In this document: one piece after another, positions 48,966 to 62,385 of the stretch
Layout of the letters: each line of letters begins with the position of its first letter
Position numbering within the stretch: the stretch's first letter is position 1
Source: Hydrolagus affinis
Taxonomy: Eukaryota
Assembly (NCBI GenBank): GCA_012026655.1
Contig: JAAILG010000276.1
Location: 1-64,000 of the forward strand
DNA length: 64,000 bases
Direction of reading: 5' to 3'
Translations under genes and position numbers: made by a program
Notes under the pieces: model-generated
Told to the model about the DNA's origin: nothing
Databases searched by the model: none
What the model saw: only the letters and a program-made list of their open reading frames with translations

Positions 48966-51175
48966 GTGTCACATTGCAAGTTACCCCAACTCTTCAGGAG
49001 AGGAGAAGGAGAGAGCAAATTTGGCAGAGTAAAAGTAACCTCTTTATTAGATCACTCTGTCAGAATCGCTTTCGAGTGTGCGTTCTTCAGACGGATTATC
49101 TACACTGTTTCGCCTCCATCTTGATATAGCTGTTATATAAACAGTCATCACCCCTCGATTAAAGTAATCACTCACTGATATGACTTTGTAGCATCAGCCC
49201 TTTTGATCCTTAGATCAAGGTAATTGATTTGTAATCAACAACAGCTCACACTGTACCCCCTCCATCGCTTCTCGCATCCGACGAAACCTCTCAAAGTGCT
49301 TCATAATAATAAATAATTGGACGCAAAGTGAATGTGATTATGTAACTAAATAATGCATGTATGTTTTTTTTCTTTAGTTTGCTACTGAAGTGTTTGAGAT
49401 CGATCCTGAAAATACACACTTTGTCTAATTTTAATGGGTGTTTTTTTTAAAAAAACAAATTGTTACCCTAATCAACTCAGCTTCCATTGTTCGAAAATCT
49501 GATGGAGTTTCTGATGGTTTTCACCCTGCTCATTCTTTTACTCCTTTACTTGGACATTTTTTTTTATTCGTTGGTTACTTATAATAATAATAATAATAAT
49601 CCTTGCATTTGATACTTATTAGGTACATGTGCAGCCTTCTTGAGAACAACTGCCCAGATATTACATTATGTTACCATCATATTTTTCCACACAGAACAAA
49701 ATATATTGCAATAAACCTCTTTCCCGTAAGGACTGTTAAGCCATTCAGTGAAAGATTATCATTTTTTTTTCCCTGGGAAATTGTCTGTAATAAATGGTGA
49801 AAAACTGGAATCCCGTCCACACTAATAATTTGATAGTGAACAGCAATCTATGAAAGCACTGGGACATCAGCACAATATTAAATGGAGGAAGGGGCGCAGT
49901 TGATGGCAATAGTCTAAACTGTTTAAATTGTTTAAGTTTAACCTTAAACTGAGAGCTGCTACTGGAATAACAAAAATTTGGGAAATATCAGCGGGGCTCA
50001 AAATCTAAAGTTATCACCAGATTGTCCAGCTTTTGTTGGAAAGTGCATTAACGTTTCATGGTGATGACCTTTTGTCAGATATAACTGCTCATTCACTTCA
50101 GGGCTATTTGTGGAACATGGCGATGTGCAAATTGCCTGCTGCTTCTGCTTGCTATATACACGGTCACCACACTTCTCAGTAAAACCCTGGGAAACGCTTT
50201 GAAGCATTTCAATGGCTTGATGGGGGCCCTGTACCAAATGCCAGGTTTGTTCGTTTAATAGTTTCTGGATATTACATTAGTTGTCAAATGTGAAAATCAA
50301 TATTATCTTTAATCTCACAGATAAAGAGACATTTATTTCCACAACACTGCCCTGGCCACCAAGAGTAGCCAATTGTGCAATACAGATACTTTGCCGTCCA
50401 ATTTCATTACCAGTTTACTGAACTTGAATGAGTAGAAAGGTTGGCGGGGGGTGGGGGCGATGCGACATTCTTTCCACAAGCAATTGCCACGGAAGGTTTT
50501 AGTCCCCCCAACAAAAACATCTTTTTAAGGCTTAAGTTCCTCGTTGCAAGGCAATCAGGGCAAAACTCAAGACATTTATTAAAGAGCTTGCCTCTTCCTT
50601 CTTTCCATCAGTCACTGGTCATTGGCGCTTGATGTTTTACAAGAATTGAATTCCATTTTACAATGTGCAGTGGGTTCAGAGAATTACAAAGAATATTATG
50701 TGTATATCACTGCAAACCTGTATGAAATGAACTTTCATCATTTATATGTGTCACTGGCAGATAAGGGAATATAACAGCCTTGGAGGCATAATAACTATGC
50801 ATTGTCTGTTGCAAATAAACCCTGCAGAGACGCTCTCCGTACTTTTAAATAAGAAAAACAGTCTCTATGCTTTTATTGAAGTGAGACTCAATTTCTTTTT
50901 TTATATATAATACTACTCTAGATAATTATAAAATCACTGTGAAATGCTCCTTGATGGCATGAGCAATAAATCAGGTGAAGATGTGGGTTCAGTTCCTGTT
51001 ATGTTTGGATGGAAAGTGAAGCAATGTGTTTGGCTTAATTGGAATCAGGGCTCCATCTGAAATAAAGAGATTATCTGTCGACTTTGTTCTGTGCTATTCC
51101 TCCAGTTCTAGCTCTCCCTCAGTCAGCCCATTGTGCCTCATGCTTTAACTCGTACTGAAACCCTATGGATGGTAA

Positions 51176-51275
51176 CAATAATAATAATCCTCACATTTGA
51201 TATAGCGATTTTCTGGTTGAAACATCTCAAAACGCTTCGCTGGTAATTAACGTCAAGTGTAGTGACTATGTATTT
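51176..51275 (-). mobile_element. SINE 3' stub
   Basis: caataataataatcctcacatttgatatagcg...catctcaaaacgcttc. Confidence 0.7.
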
Positions 51276-51280
51276 GAAGG

Positions 51281-51420
51281 TATATGGCATGAAAACAGGC
51301 CATTTGGCCCAACTGGTGTGTGCTGGGTTTATACTTCACACAAGCCCTCATCCCCTCCATTCCTCATGTACGCACTAAGTTTTCTCTTAAATATATTGAT
51401 GCTATTTGCTTCATCCACAG
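51281..51420 (-). mobile_element. CR1 3' end
   Basis: atatggcatgaaaacaggccatttggcccaactggtgtgtgctgggtttatacttcacac...ctcttaaatatattgatgctatttgcttc. Confidence 0.75.
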
Positions 51421-52228
51421 TTTACGCAGAGAAGAGGTGTACCTTGGACCATGACAAGCCATGTTTGGGTCTGATGGCTCAAGTAATCCTATGAATATTT
51501 GGCTATGCGGTTTACTTGGTCTGATTAGTACAGATGTACTTTTAAAGACACTAAACAGAAAGTTAACCTGGAAATGTAACAAGCAATTGCAAATTACTTT
51601 CTTCGATTTCTGTTTCTCTGTAAATGTGGCGTGTGGGAAGCCCTTTTTTTCCCTCTGTGACTTGTTTGTCTTGTGTAGTGCATTACTATGGAAACAGAAA
51701 GAACATTTTGTGCTGTTAAATGAGAATCAATTCTGTGTATTAATTTGCAAGTTACCCCAAGTCTTGAATGAAATGAATTAGGTGAGCAAAAAGCCAGCAT
51801 TCAGAATAGACGCGAGCAGAGATGGATTAAAGATAGAAATGACTGTGTTAATACACACTGTTTTCTTTTATTTGGGGCAGACAAAACAACAACTCAAAGC
51901 TTATTTGCTTCAAGGTCATATCTTATTTGCTTCAAGGTTTTTTATTCAATGGACCTTGTGTTAGAGTGTTGGTGACTTCAATACCTTACAGTCTCGCTGC
52001 CTATTTCCTCCTCTCTAAGTGCCTCTAATTCTCCACTCGTCTGCACATCTCTCTTACTTTACACGGGTCTTTTCCTACCTGTGATCCCCTCTCACGTAGC
52101 CTGTGGGTTATGTGTGTGTCTCTGTCTATCTGTGGTGGTGGTCAGTTCAGGCCACCTGTAAATCACAATCACACCTGCGCACCAGTATTAATGCAAATGC
52201 TGGAACAGGAGGAAGTCATTGAGCCCTT

Positions 52229-52295
52229 CAACAACACAACAACAACAACTTGTATTTATACAGCACCCTCCACGCCAGATGGCATCTCAGAGTAC
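52229..52295 (-). mobile_element. L2 type B 3' stub
   Basis: acaacaacaacttgtatttatacagcaccctccacgccagatggcatctcagag. Confidence 0.78.
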
Positions 52296-52339
52296 TTAAC
52301 AATAATAGATGCTGCAGCTGACGAAGAAGAAACGTCTTT

Positions 52340-52650
52340 AGGCACGACCTGAAAAGCCTGTTGTACCTTTTTCTATTTTCATCCCATTTGCCCGCTTTTT
52401 CTCTGAATACTCTTATCTTCCAAGTATCAGTCTATCTTCATTCTAAACATCTCAGTCAATTCGTACCACTCCTGATCAGTGCCTTTCACATTTTCACAAC
52501 CTTTCGAGTGATTACATGTCCTGAATTCACTTCTTACCCGTTCAGCTCCAAGATTATTTCCCCTTGGTTGGAATCTCTCTACCAGTGGAGTGAGTTGGCC
52601 ACTCTGTATCTTGTCAATTCCCTCCACGTGTGTCAACAAGGTGAATAAAC
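52340..52650 (-). mobile_element. CR1 ORF2 C-terminal fragment
   Basis: EGIDKIQSGQLTPLVERFQPRGNNL...FRMKID resembles the CR1 G.D.V...LFP...TRGH..K and F...LD motifs. Confidence 0.6.
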
Positions 52651-52789
52651 CTCTTTACCAATAGGCTGACTGGACAGCCCATGATCCCACTGCAGGCATT
52701 CATTGTGGTAATGATGTCATAATTGACGTCAGCAGGTCTCATCTACACGTGCTCTGGCCTCTCATTCAGAGAGACTGTGTTGTGCGGAG

Positions 52790-53310
52790 AACAGCAACAA
52801 ATTACATTTGTATTGTGCCTTTCACGTCAAGAGGATATGCCAGGGTGCTGGACAGTCAGGGATCCACACCTGAGCTGATGATTTGGATCAGGATGGGTAG
52901 AGAGTGGGGAGGGTAAGGGCAGGAAGTTGACCAAAGACACGGTCGAAGAGGAGGGTGTTGAGGTGTGCTTTGAAGGAGGCAAGGACAAGGTAGGGATCCA
53001 AAGAGAAGCGAAGGTTCTTAAGCCTCCAGAGAGGGTCTCACCCACTGCAGTGAGGAAAGGGAGCCTGGTGTGGTCCTGTGAGCGGTTAAAATGCACAGCA
53101 CTTGGGCACCTCCTGGAGGCTTGATCAAGGATGACATAAGGAGATGTTGGGGCCCAGGACTTGGCAGAGGTGGGCAGAGAAAACAGCAAGTGGGCCTTGA
53201 AAGGTTAATGGCAAGAATGGATCATTTCTGGTAATAACAACAACAACAACAACAACAAAATTACACTTAAAATTACTGTTTAGTGCCGTTCACGTCAGGA
53301 GGATGTCCCA
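52790..53310 (-). mobile_element. L2 type A 3' fragment (~410 bp) plus a second stub at 53235-53310
   Basis: aattacatttgtattgtgcctttcacgtcaagaggatatgccagggtgctggacagtca...cggtcgaagaggagggtgttgagg...gggccttgaaaggtta. Confidence 0.82.
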
Positions 53311-53509
53311 ATGGGGATAAAAACATTTAATAATTATTTCATTTACTCCACCACCACCTCATCTATGACCTACATATCCCACTTTATCCAGGAAAAAGCT
53401 AAAGCTTTTCAGTGTTTTTTTGAAAAAAGGTTTAAAAGTCTTTCTTTATTTCCACAGAAGAATTAATGGGAGCTCTTTGGTTGTAGTTCACTTTAAGTGA
53501 ACTATCTAA

Positions 53510-53545
53510 CAGAGAAAGAGAGAGAGACACACACACACACACACA
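53510..53545. repeat. (AG)n(AC)n microsatellite
   Basis: agagaaagagagagagacacacacacacacacaca. Confidence 0.9.
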
Positions 53546-53892
53546 TGCAAGTGAGACGTCAATACTTCCATGCACTTTGGTTATTACATTTAATCCCAGA
53601 TTCAATACTGTAGTAACAGCAGGTCTCTGTGAAACACTTGTTAAGGCGTCTATGTGAAAGGTCAGAAGTGGGGGGAAAAAAAGTCAAACACAAAACATAT
53701 AAATTTCACTGCAGCATTTCAAGTCAAGACTTTTTCTGTCTTCAAACGGTAACAATACAGCCTGATCTGAGGTAAAATGCGCTGAATAAATATTGAATTT
53801 ATTGAAAGCTATCATTTAAAGGATTGTTACACTGAAGAATGGAGCATCTTTTTTTATTAACCGACAGTAAAATTCCACCCGGGACCACATTT

Positions 53893-53997
53893 ATTAGTAA
53901 TAATAAGGATGATAATAATCCTTTTGCCCTGCCCGTGAATCAAACCCAGGTCCTCTTGTTTGCCAGGCGAATACTAACCAATGAGCTACAGGACACC
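53893..53997 (-). mobile_element. Mini-SINE: tRNA head fused directly to the terminal tail
   Basis: Minus strand ggtgtcctgtagctcattggttagtattcgcc...gacctgggtttgattcacgggcagggcaaaaggattattatcatccttattattact. Confidence 0.8.
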
Positions 53998-55609
53998 ACT
54001 GATCTGATGCCGTGTGGAATTCCGTGGAGTGAGAGGGGGATGGGGGGTGTGGGGGCTGTGGGCAGGACTGTGGGCAATTCTTCAATTAGACACATCGCAA
54101 ATTAGACCACACGAGTTTGGGACATCTAAATGGCTATTCACCTGTCTGCAATGTCGATGATGTATAAAGCTTAAAATTGGGATTTTTCCACCGAGATTGA
54201 ACTGTAAAACGGCTCGATAACATCTCTGTTTGGGTGAACCTATTTGGCAGGTTGCCGGTGTGGAGGATTTCCTGTCACCTTTAAAGTCACAGTTAGCAGT
54301 CACAGTCTTCAGCCTGACTGTGTAATTACTCTGACAGAGCGCTAGCCACGGGGTGTGAGAGTGGGACTGACGCTTAAACTGTAAATTATGAGGGGATTAG
54401 CATTTATGAATTTTAAAGCACTGTTGTTGTAGCAGACCCTAAAGCTGCTCGGAACCAACAAATGACTGTATTTCGGGACCAGCTCTCAACAGATTTAGCT
54501 GCCTGACTCAGAAGGCAGTGTTGACTCACAATCTGGTCTCTGCTAATTTCTTGTCTGTGCTATCACTGGGCTATTACTAACACTCCCTTCCCATCACCTG
54601 GCCAATTCCACAGTCCAGCTCTCTACCTGAGGTAACACTGTCAGTTTACGACAGGTTCCACACAACACTTCTGCCAATGTGATGCTATAAAGGATTCCTT
54701 GGGGAACTAACAGAATTGTCGATCTGTCAAAGAAAGCTCGATACCGATAATTGCACACAATGTATATATTTTCTTGCCAAAACTCCAGCCTTGAGGATTG
54801 TGCTGACTAGCACAGGATCAACCTTTCCATGAATCACCAAACTTTCACCATGTAATATAGCAATCCAGGTGATAATCCTGGCTTGTATAGGCTAGTCGTC
54901 CGAGAGCACAAAACTGCTCATAATTTGCCTCAGCAACGTGTGTTGTCCGTCATGGTGTTTTGGCTACTAGCTGCACCAAGTGGCAAGCTAATAGCAGGTG
55001 GAATTTTTTTGGGGGGAATACTTTCCAGCAGAACTCTTTGACCATTGATCAGTGATCAAGGGCTAAGGCTAGGGACACTGATGCCAGTTATTACAGCTCT
55101 ACCATTAACCCTGTACAATCCGGTAACCGAATGGGGCAGTGTGATTCATGGATTGTGTTTGGTTGGCATCAGACTGAATTTAGTGGTTCAGCATTTCCTT
55201 TTACACCCGTCTCAGCTTGCTGTTTTGCCCCAGTCTAATGATTTAATTTGTTATGCGCATTTATTTTTATAACATGAGATGGAAACTTCAACGAAGCTAT
55301 AAAGCGGACCCCAAAATATATATTTATACAGTGTATTCATTTGGTTCTGAGCTGAAGTGCAAGTTCAGCACACATCATACATGACATGCTTTGGTAATAA
55401 ATATCTAAACTTCTAATGATATGGTTTAAAGGAATACTGGGGGCTGCACTTTCAAATTTCAATAAATAGTACTTACCAGCAATGTTAAGTAGCCAGTGAA
55501 ATCCCCAGTATATTTAATTACAGGTTTGCTCATGAAAAAATGATTTCTTTAGATCTATCGTCTGCGGATAAAAGAAAATCCTTCTTTCTATCACTCCTTC
55601 TCACCCTTT

Positions 55610-55785
55610 CTCTTTTTTATTTGTAATTCTTGCTTTAAATCTTATCTCTTTGGACACCCCTATGGCCACCTCCCACCCCATTTCCCCCATTTTCCAATGC
55701 TCTGTGTCCAACCCCGTCCCCGTGAAGTTCCAAGACATTTGCCCTATGTGAAGGGCACTGTACAAATGCAAGTTGTTGTTGTTGT
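55610..55785 (+). mobile_element. L2 3' fragment with (TTG)n tail
   Basis: gtgaagttccaagacatttgccctatgtgaagggcactgtacaaatgcaagttgttgttgttg. Confidence 0.7.
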
Positions 55786-58700
55786 AGATCACACCCACAA
55801 ACTGGATCACTATTATGGCTAGTTTTCTCCTAAATTTTCTACAAAGGTTTGCCTACAGAAACAGTTACTACACGTCACTCTAGTGTAATTTATATAGACC
55901 ACTTGGAGACATTTATAGTGTTCATTCAAGCTCTTACCTTTCATCTTCTTTTGAATACTCTATGGATGACTGGTCCATGTTTCCAGAATGTATCAAGAAG
56001 CAAATTCAATGGAAATAATTGGAAAGAAGCAAATGGAAAGAATTTGTCCCCTTTACCCAATATGCTCCAGCTCCTCTGAAGGTCCTGACTCGTTGAGCAG
56101 TGTAGATTTATGGGCACAGCACATTTGGGATTTGCTTCTGAAATTCCTGTAAATTCAGGCACCAACTTCGGTGCAGTGCGCAGTCGAATCCTGTTCTAAT
56201 CGTCCGATCATATTCTTACTCTTTGGAGTTTCCTTCCTCATTCTTGAAGGGTTAAGTGACCTGAGCTGCAACATTCTCTACAACCACAGCAAATATTGTT
56301 TGGTGATCAGTCACCAAGAGGTATGATCTAAGTCGGGTTGAATTAGACAAGGTCACTTCTTCCCTCCTCTACAAATAACACCCTTTCTCACCGCATCCTT
56401 TCAGCCGATTTGAGGCTTAACAAACTCATATGACTGCCAGCCCTGCTTTTCAAAGATTTTTTTGTATTCTATGTTTGTTTTTTTTGAGCACTTTATTTCT
56501 CCTTCACTTTTCCCACATTGCGTTGTCATTCCACATGTCTCTTTGGCTGTGATCGATGGTCTGAACAGGGCACTTCTTTCTGGCTGCTGTCATTGTCACT
56601 AGGTGATAATCCACTGGGATTTGTATGGGGAGAGTTGATATGTGCCAGCCATCTTCGTGCCCGGCTCAGAACTGACAACACTCATACAACCAAGCCAGGT
56701 TACAGGCAACTCGGGGGATTGGAATTGTGTAACTTTCAGATTGGAAGTGAAGTGGTTTTATGGATTAAGTCACCGGGCCACCTGGAATAACCATCTCGAA
56801 AAAAACACCTTTCTGTAGAAAGAGGAACCGAGTTACACTGAATATTTTACAAAGATAAAAACAAAAGTTCTATTAAAAATTGGATGTCACAAATTTAAAT
56901 GCCTTTTCCCCAATGTATGTTTAATGAACTACCGTCAGGTGATTGGGACAGCTTGTGGCAATAGTGGCCTAAAGCTCTCCTAATAAACACTTCAGACCTA
57001 TCACAAAAGGTGGGGTTTGGGTTTAGGCTCATTCTTAAGTAGTAAGTTAGTCTCAGTGCTTCAAACAATGTTCTTCATATTGTAATTGCTAGTTGCATTC
57101 TTATATAATTGGGATTCCAATGGAAAAAGAGTCCTCAGCTATTAGGAAGATGGAGACAGAAGAATACATTAAAACAAGTGAATCAAAAATTCACAGACAT
57201 ATTACAGATCTCCAACCAACAGACTTCAGACAATCGTGATTTCTGTATATTATTGTAATCCTTCAGCCTTCAATAACCAAATCTGATCTTATTTTAATAG
57301 GAGGTTTCTTTTCCTTCCACCAGCCCACAAAACATCTATGGTCAATGGTTAATATTGATGAAAATGCCATCAGTGAGCCTACTACTTTACTCAAGTACAT
57401 TGCACACTTGAACCCAATCCAAATGTATTTACAAGTTGAGGTGACACCAATACTCTACAATGATATGCCAGCATGTGACAAATGTTTGCCAATTTCAATC
57501 TCCTTGCTGACAAGCAACAAACACCAGACACCTTTATCATGCCCTTTAATATGGAATCTGTCTGTGGACGGCTGTCTTTGAAAGTTGTGTACGGTAAACA
57601 GTTATTATCTTCTCAGAGGAAATGTTTTCCTCAGGTTTCTTTTATGAGTATGATCTAGGTCAATGTGAAAAAGTAGATTTGACGAAAGAGGAACTAAGCA
57701 GGTTTAGAAACCTCAAGTGTGTGCTTCCAAAAATTAATGAGTTCCGACTCAAATCTTATACTGCTTATTGATGAAGTTGGAGGAGAAATGATTTCTCCCA
57801 GCTCACTGAAATGTAAAATTCTTTTGTCAAATCTCTGGTGTTTGAAGCACTGCTCCTGCTTGCTCTCCCGTCCTTTCTTCTCTAACATCAGGAGTAAATG
57901 GACACAAATTATTGATTTTCTTTCAAGCTGTATTGCATTGATTACTGCAGATATGGCAGACAAAAAAAAACGTACTTTCTTCCACTGGGAACAAGACGGG
58001 AGGCAGACAAGGAGCAGGGAAGTCTCCAAACAGCAGGATATCGAGAATCATTATACAATTCGGAGTCTTACTGCTCACTAACCTTCCACAAACCCAACTC
58101 AACTTTCCCTTCACTTTGCTCCATGTATTAAAGTGGGAGTTCTTAATTATTTATCAATTACATTTCTGGGGTTTGGATCAATCGATAAGTCCAACCGAAT
58201 GCCTCTTAAAGATAATAAGATCAGATAAACCGCGTTGATTAAATATTAACATCGATTTTCTAGCAACAGCTTTTGGGCCAATTATTTTACTTCATTACAG
58301 TTGAAAATATTAACCCTACCAGCACTGATAATGTTTCTTGAAAAAAAAGTCTTACAGAGAAAAAACCTAATTTTTCTAAAGTACAAATACATGTTCCCTT
58401 TAGTGCAGGCAATTAGTGAAATCTATCGAAACAGCTTCCTTTTTTCTGGGGTCTGTGTTCTTTGTGATCTCAGTTAAAACTGTCTGGACTGATTTTAGTT
58501 AGGAATGCTGTCAGGTGTAGGAGCGCATTGCGTTTGGTGCCTGGGGTTTAGTCTCAAACCACCCAGCTAAGAGGCAAAGGATAGTAACACACACACAGTG
58601 TCAGCCAACGCTGTTAATACAGTGCAGTACTAAGCTGCTGTGAAAATCCAACCATAGAAAAAACCCTGACAATTAAAAGGATTCAGGGTTAGAGAGTTAG

Positions 58701-59719
58701 ATGGTGATACAATAAACATTGTATAAATCATGTCAGTTGGGACCATACATTTAATACGAATTAAGCAAAGTATGAGTTACGTAGAACCTGCATAGAATTT
58801 AAATTTTTGAATGCGACCTGGACAGATGCCCGACTCAGGCCATTATATGATCTACATATATTTGACTTATACGAGTTTTACTATATCAATGTGCAGAAGG
58901 AATCTTTTGGGAAGTTGGCTAGCAGCACCAAAGACCTACCACTGTCTGAAATTCTTACTATGCTTTAATATAGTGCAAAATCCCCCCAGTCTTTGTACAG
59001 TATGTGAGATCATTTTGTCTTAAAACTGGAGGAACTCGCAGATTTCCAGAAATTCGGCATCTAACCTTAAATTGGAAGCTGATTTTCTGCAATTCTTGAA
59101 AGGAACGGATTCCTGTGTTAAGACTTCATTTAGACATTTTCGGAGATGCTGCTGATTCTGAAATATTGAGGTGGTAATTGTCTAAAGATGGGTGGAATCT
59201 TGAACCTCTGATGCTACCAGTGTAAGTACAGTAGTAACATTGATACAAATTGCTTCTGGTAGATAGCAGCAGGTAAAGACCAATGTGTTTGAGTTACTTT
59301 CATTGTTTCCACAGCCTCAAAATGTAACAGACCCTGCTAGTCAGATAATTGAATCCATCACCTCCATAATCACAGTACCTGTCAACCATCAGTTCTTAAC
59401 TACTTACTTTTAAAGTTCTGCCAGCAATCTTGCATGGCATGTGCGTTTTGTTGCAGTATCAAAATGCAAGTACAAATAAAGGAATGTAAATGCCATCTTG
59501 ATCTTGTCAGATTAAACATAACTTTGCAAATAGCTTTATCCTTTGTAAACTTGGCCACAAATTGTGGTCAAGAATTTTCAATTCCTTCTGTTTCCATGAT
59601 TTTGGTGCTGTAATTCAGAGTGGAGCTGCTTTATCTTGATTTGCAACAGACCAAATACCATTGCAAAGGAACAAACTCTTTGCAGGGAGTACACTGGGAG
59701 AAGTCGGTGAATAACCAAA

Positions 59720-60045
59720 CACCTGCTCTGTGATCTGCTAACTCCATTTCGACCTGTCCGCTCAGTGGACTCCAGCCTTCTTCATGTGCCCTACCATTGG
59801 AGGTCGGCCCTTCAGCCTGATCGCTCCCACCTTTTGGAACTCCATCTCGTAGTCGCTTTGCCTTGTTTCCTCTCTTGCCTACTCTCAAGGCTCTGCTGTT
59901 GGACCACGCCTTCGGTCACCTTCCTACCGGTACCCTCCCTGCCCTCCACTCGTCCTGATCCCAACCCCCTGTTTGAATCCAAAGTGCCTTGGAATGTTCT
60001 CTTGATGTGCAAGGCACTTCACAAATGAAATTTGTTGTTATTGCT
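59720..60045 (+). mobile_element. L2 3' fragment
   Basis: accattggaggtcggcccttcagcctgatcgctcccaccttttggaactccatc (TIGGRPFSLIAPTFWNSI); tail aaatgaaatttgttgtt. Confidence 0.85.
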
Positions 60046-60880
60046 CTGACAAAGGGACATTCTAGAAAAGGTACCTTAACATTCTTCTAAGGGTCATTCA
60101 CGAAATGGTAACTTAACTATCTCTAGCTATTTAATCTGTGTACATTTCTGGAGATGTAAGAAAAAGACATGTTTCAGTTATTTCACCTATGTTCCTCCAG
60201 AACAATTGAACAGAGAGATACCATTACTGCAACATGCATTCTGTAGTGGAGATAAACACACAAGCCTTTGATCAGTCTAGTGGACTGATGCAATTGCTTT
60301 GTAAACTAAAAGCAAGTCGCCCTTCCTCAATCTACTGTACATAATTTGCTTTGAAAAATACAGATGGAAGTGAAAGCAAGAATACAGATTATTGAAAGCG
60401 CTTGCGTCCTCAAGGTTGAAAATAACTTGTCGGAATTTTCCTTAACTTAATGGAACTAAATCATCAATGGTTCCAAACTTCTGACTTTGTGGGGTGTGTG
60501 TGGGGGGGGGTGGGGAGGGGGGTGGGCGGTGGGGGGTCTAAACTATTTGAGTCACAGCAGGATTTGTGGAAACTCCGTGAAAAGCTTTGAGGTGGTTCAG
60601 TAAGTTAAGGCACTATATCAAATGCAAAATGCAAGGACCATTTATACAGGATTATAAACCTTAAGTCCTATACGATTGCATGTACCCAGATATGCATTAC
60701 ACCAACTTGTGAGAAACTGGCTCTGAGGTGATCTTCTTAGAAAAGAACTGTAGAAAACCACCTTTTAAACTGAGACAGATTTTAGGAATTTACCAATATT
60801 TTGGTAAAGACTCTTAAATTATAAGTTGGAATGGCCTGAAGGCTAATGGATAACAGGTTGTATTATCTTATGAGACTAAT

Positions 60881-61088
60881 GGGGGAGAAATTCCTTGTGA
60901 TTTTACAGAATTTGGCAAATTGTTGGATTCGGTCTTAAATTTAAAGCCAGTTTTCCGTGGTTCTCAAAGGAACATACAGAAAACTGGCTTCAAAATTAAG
61001 GCTACAAGTTAAGATCTTTCCAAATTATACACATTCTATAATACTAAATAAATAGAGTAAATCTAGACCCAGGTGGAATTTCTTCCCT
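60881..61088. mobile_element. Palindromic MITE-like element
   Basis: Ends gggggagaaattcc / ggaatttcttccct (12/14 inverted); central hairpin 60934-61000; related pieces at 59030-59165 and 24902-24935. Confidence 0.55.
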
Positions 61089-61825
61089 TTTGAAATTTCA
61101 GCCTGAGCTGGTTGTTGTTACTTTTGCCCTCTCATTTCCAGCTCGAACCCAGTTTCCTACCATTTATTTCTGACTCAATCAATTTCCCTTCTCTTTATTT
61201 CAGCTCCACCAGACTAAATGATATTGTAACTATTGTGCTAACATAAACTGTGTAGCTGCGCTCGCTTTCATTCTCCTAAGAATATATACGTATGAGCTTT
61301 GGGATCTGGAAGCAGGTTAAAAACCAAGGTTATCTGATAATGTGTAGCTGATTAGGTAATGTTGATTTGGTGAAAGTCATCTCAATATCTCTCTGATCCT
61401 ATTTATATGATAATGCTGATCTGCTGAATACTTTGAATCAAGATGGAAAAATAGAACAAATAATATTCCCAGCCCTGTTTACACAGAGCTGATATTTTGT
61501 TGACTCCCCCATTGCCCGTCGTGATTTTGTCAAAATTCCTTGAGAAACATAGAAATGACAATTGATAAAGGAATTTGCTGATTTGCTAATGATGGTGGTG
61601 TGTTTGTGTGTATATGCAGGTTAGCGTTGTGTGTATCTGCAGGGTGTTTGTGAGGAGAGTGAGAATGCTGTTGACTGGTGCGCCATCAAACATTGTTTAG
61701 CACACTTTTTCAATGTGCCCTTCCTCATAGAGAAGTATGTCAACTTTGTCTACGTGGCACGTGGCACATTCAAGCACATGGAGAGGATCCCTGGATCTGC
61801 ACAAGAAAGTCAAATGTGTATCCCC

Positions 61826-62112
61826 TGATATAGCACTTTTCACATCTACTAGATGTTTCAAAGTGCTTCACAGAATATACTGTCAAGTGAATTGACTGTT
61901 TATATGTATACATGTGTATATATGTATGTGTATATATGTGGGTGAAACATGGCAGCCAATTGCGCACAGCAGTGTCCCACAAACAGTCATGGATTGAAGT
62001 GACCAATTTTTGTTTGAGGGATTATTATTAGGCATGTGGGGTAAGGAAACTTGCCCAAGATTTCGCCCTGCCTTGATTTAAACCCAGGTCTCTCCTTTGT
62101 ATGGCAAGTGTT
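61826..62112 (-). mobile_element. Young tRNA SINE, near full length, with an internal (TA/TG)n expansion
   Basis: gatatagcacttttcacatc...gtgaattgactg(tatatgtatacatgtg)...gggattattattaggcatgtggggtaaggaaacttgcccaag...aaacccaggtctc. Confidence 0.9.
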
Positions 62113-62246
62113 TGCGGTTCATGTACAAGCATATAATTATCCCAGTTGTGGTGGGTGTGGTGTTAGCCACATATGTATCGTACTTCAGGGTCCAATGCTT
62201 GGGGCTCAGAGTCTAAAATGAGAAATCCTTCAGGGGATATAGTGTA

Positions 62247-62385
62247 AACAAAAACAACCACAACTTTGATTTATATAGCGCTCTCCATGCCGGACGGCGT
62301 CTCAGAGCGCTTCACAGTAGCGGATCCCGGGACCGAGCCAGGGGCAGGGGTAGAAAGGTGACCAAAGGCGCGGTCGAAGAGAAAG
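62247..62385 (-). mobile_element. L2 type B 3' fragment
   Basis: caactttgatttatatagcgctctccatgccggacggcgtctcagagcgcttcacag...gaccaaaggcgcggtcgaagag. Confidence 0.85.

Noticed and set aside
49378-49428. Acceptor followed by FATEVFEIDPENTHFV*
   Set aside because: No recognisable homology and no supporting upstream exon
1122-62112. CRISPR-like recurrence of aaatgcaaggattattatt
   Set aside because: Copies are dispersed on both strands at irregular spacing; they are SINE tails
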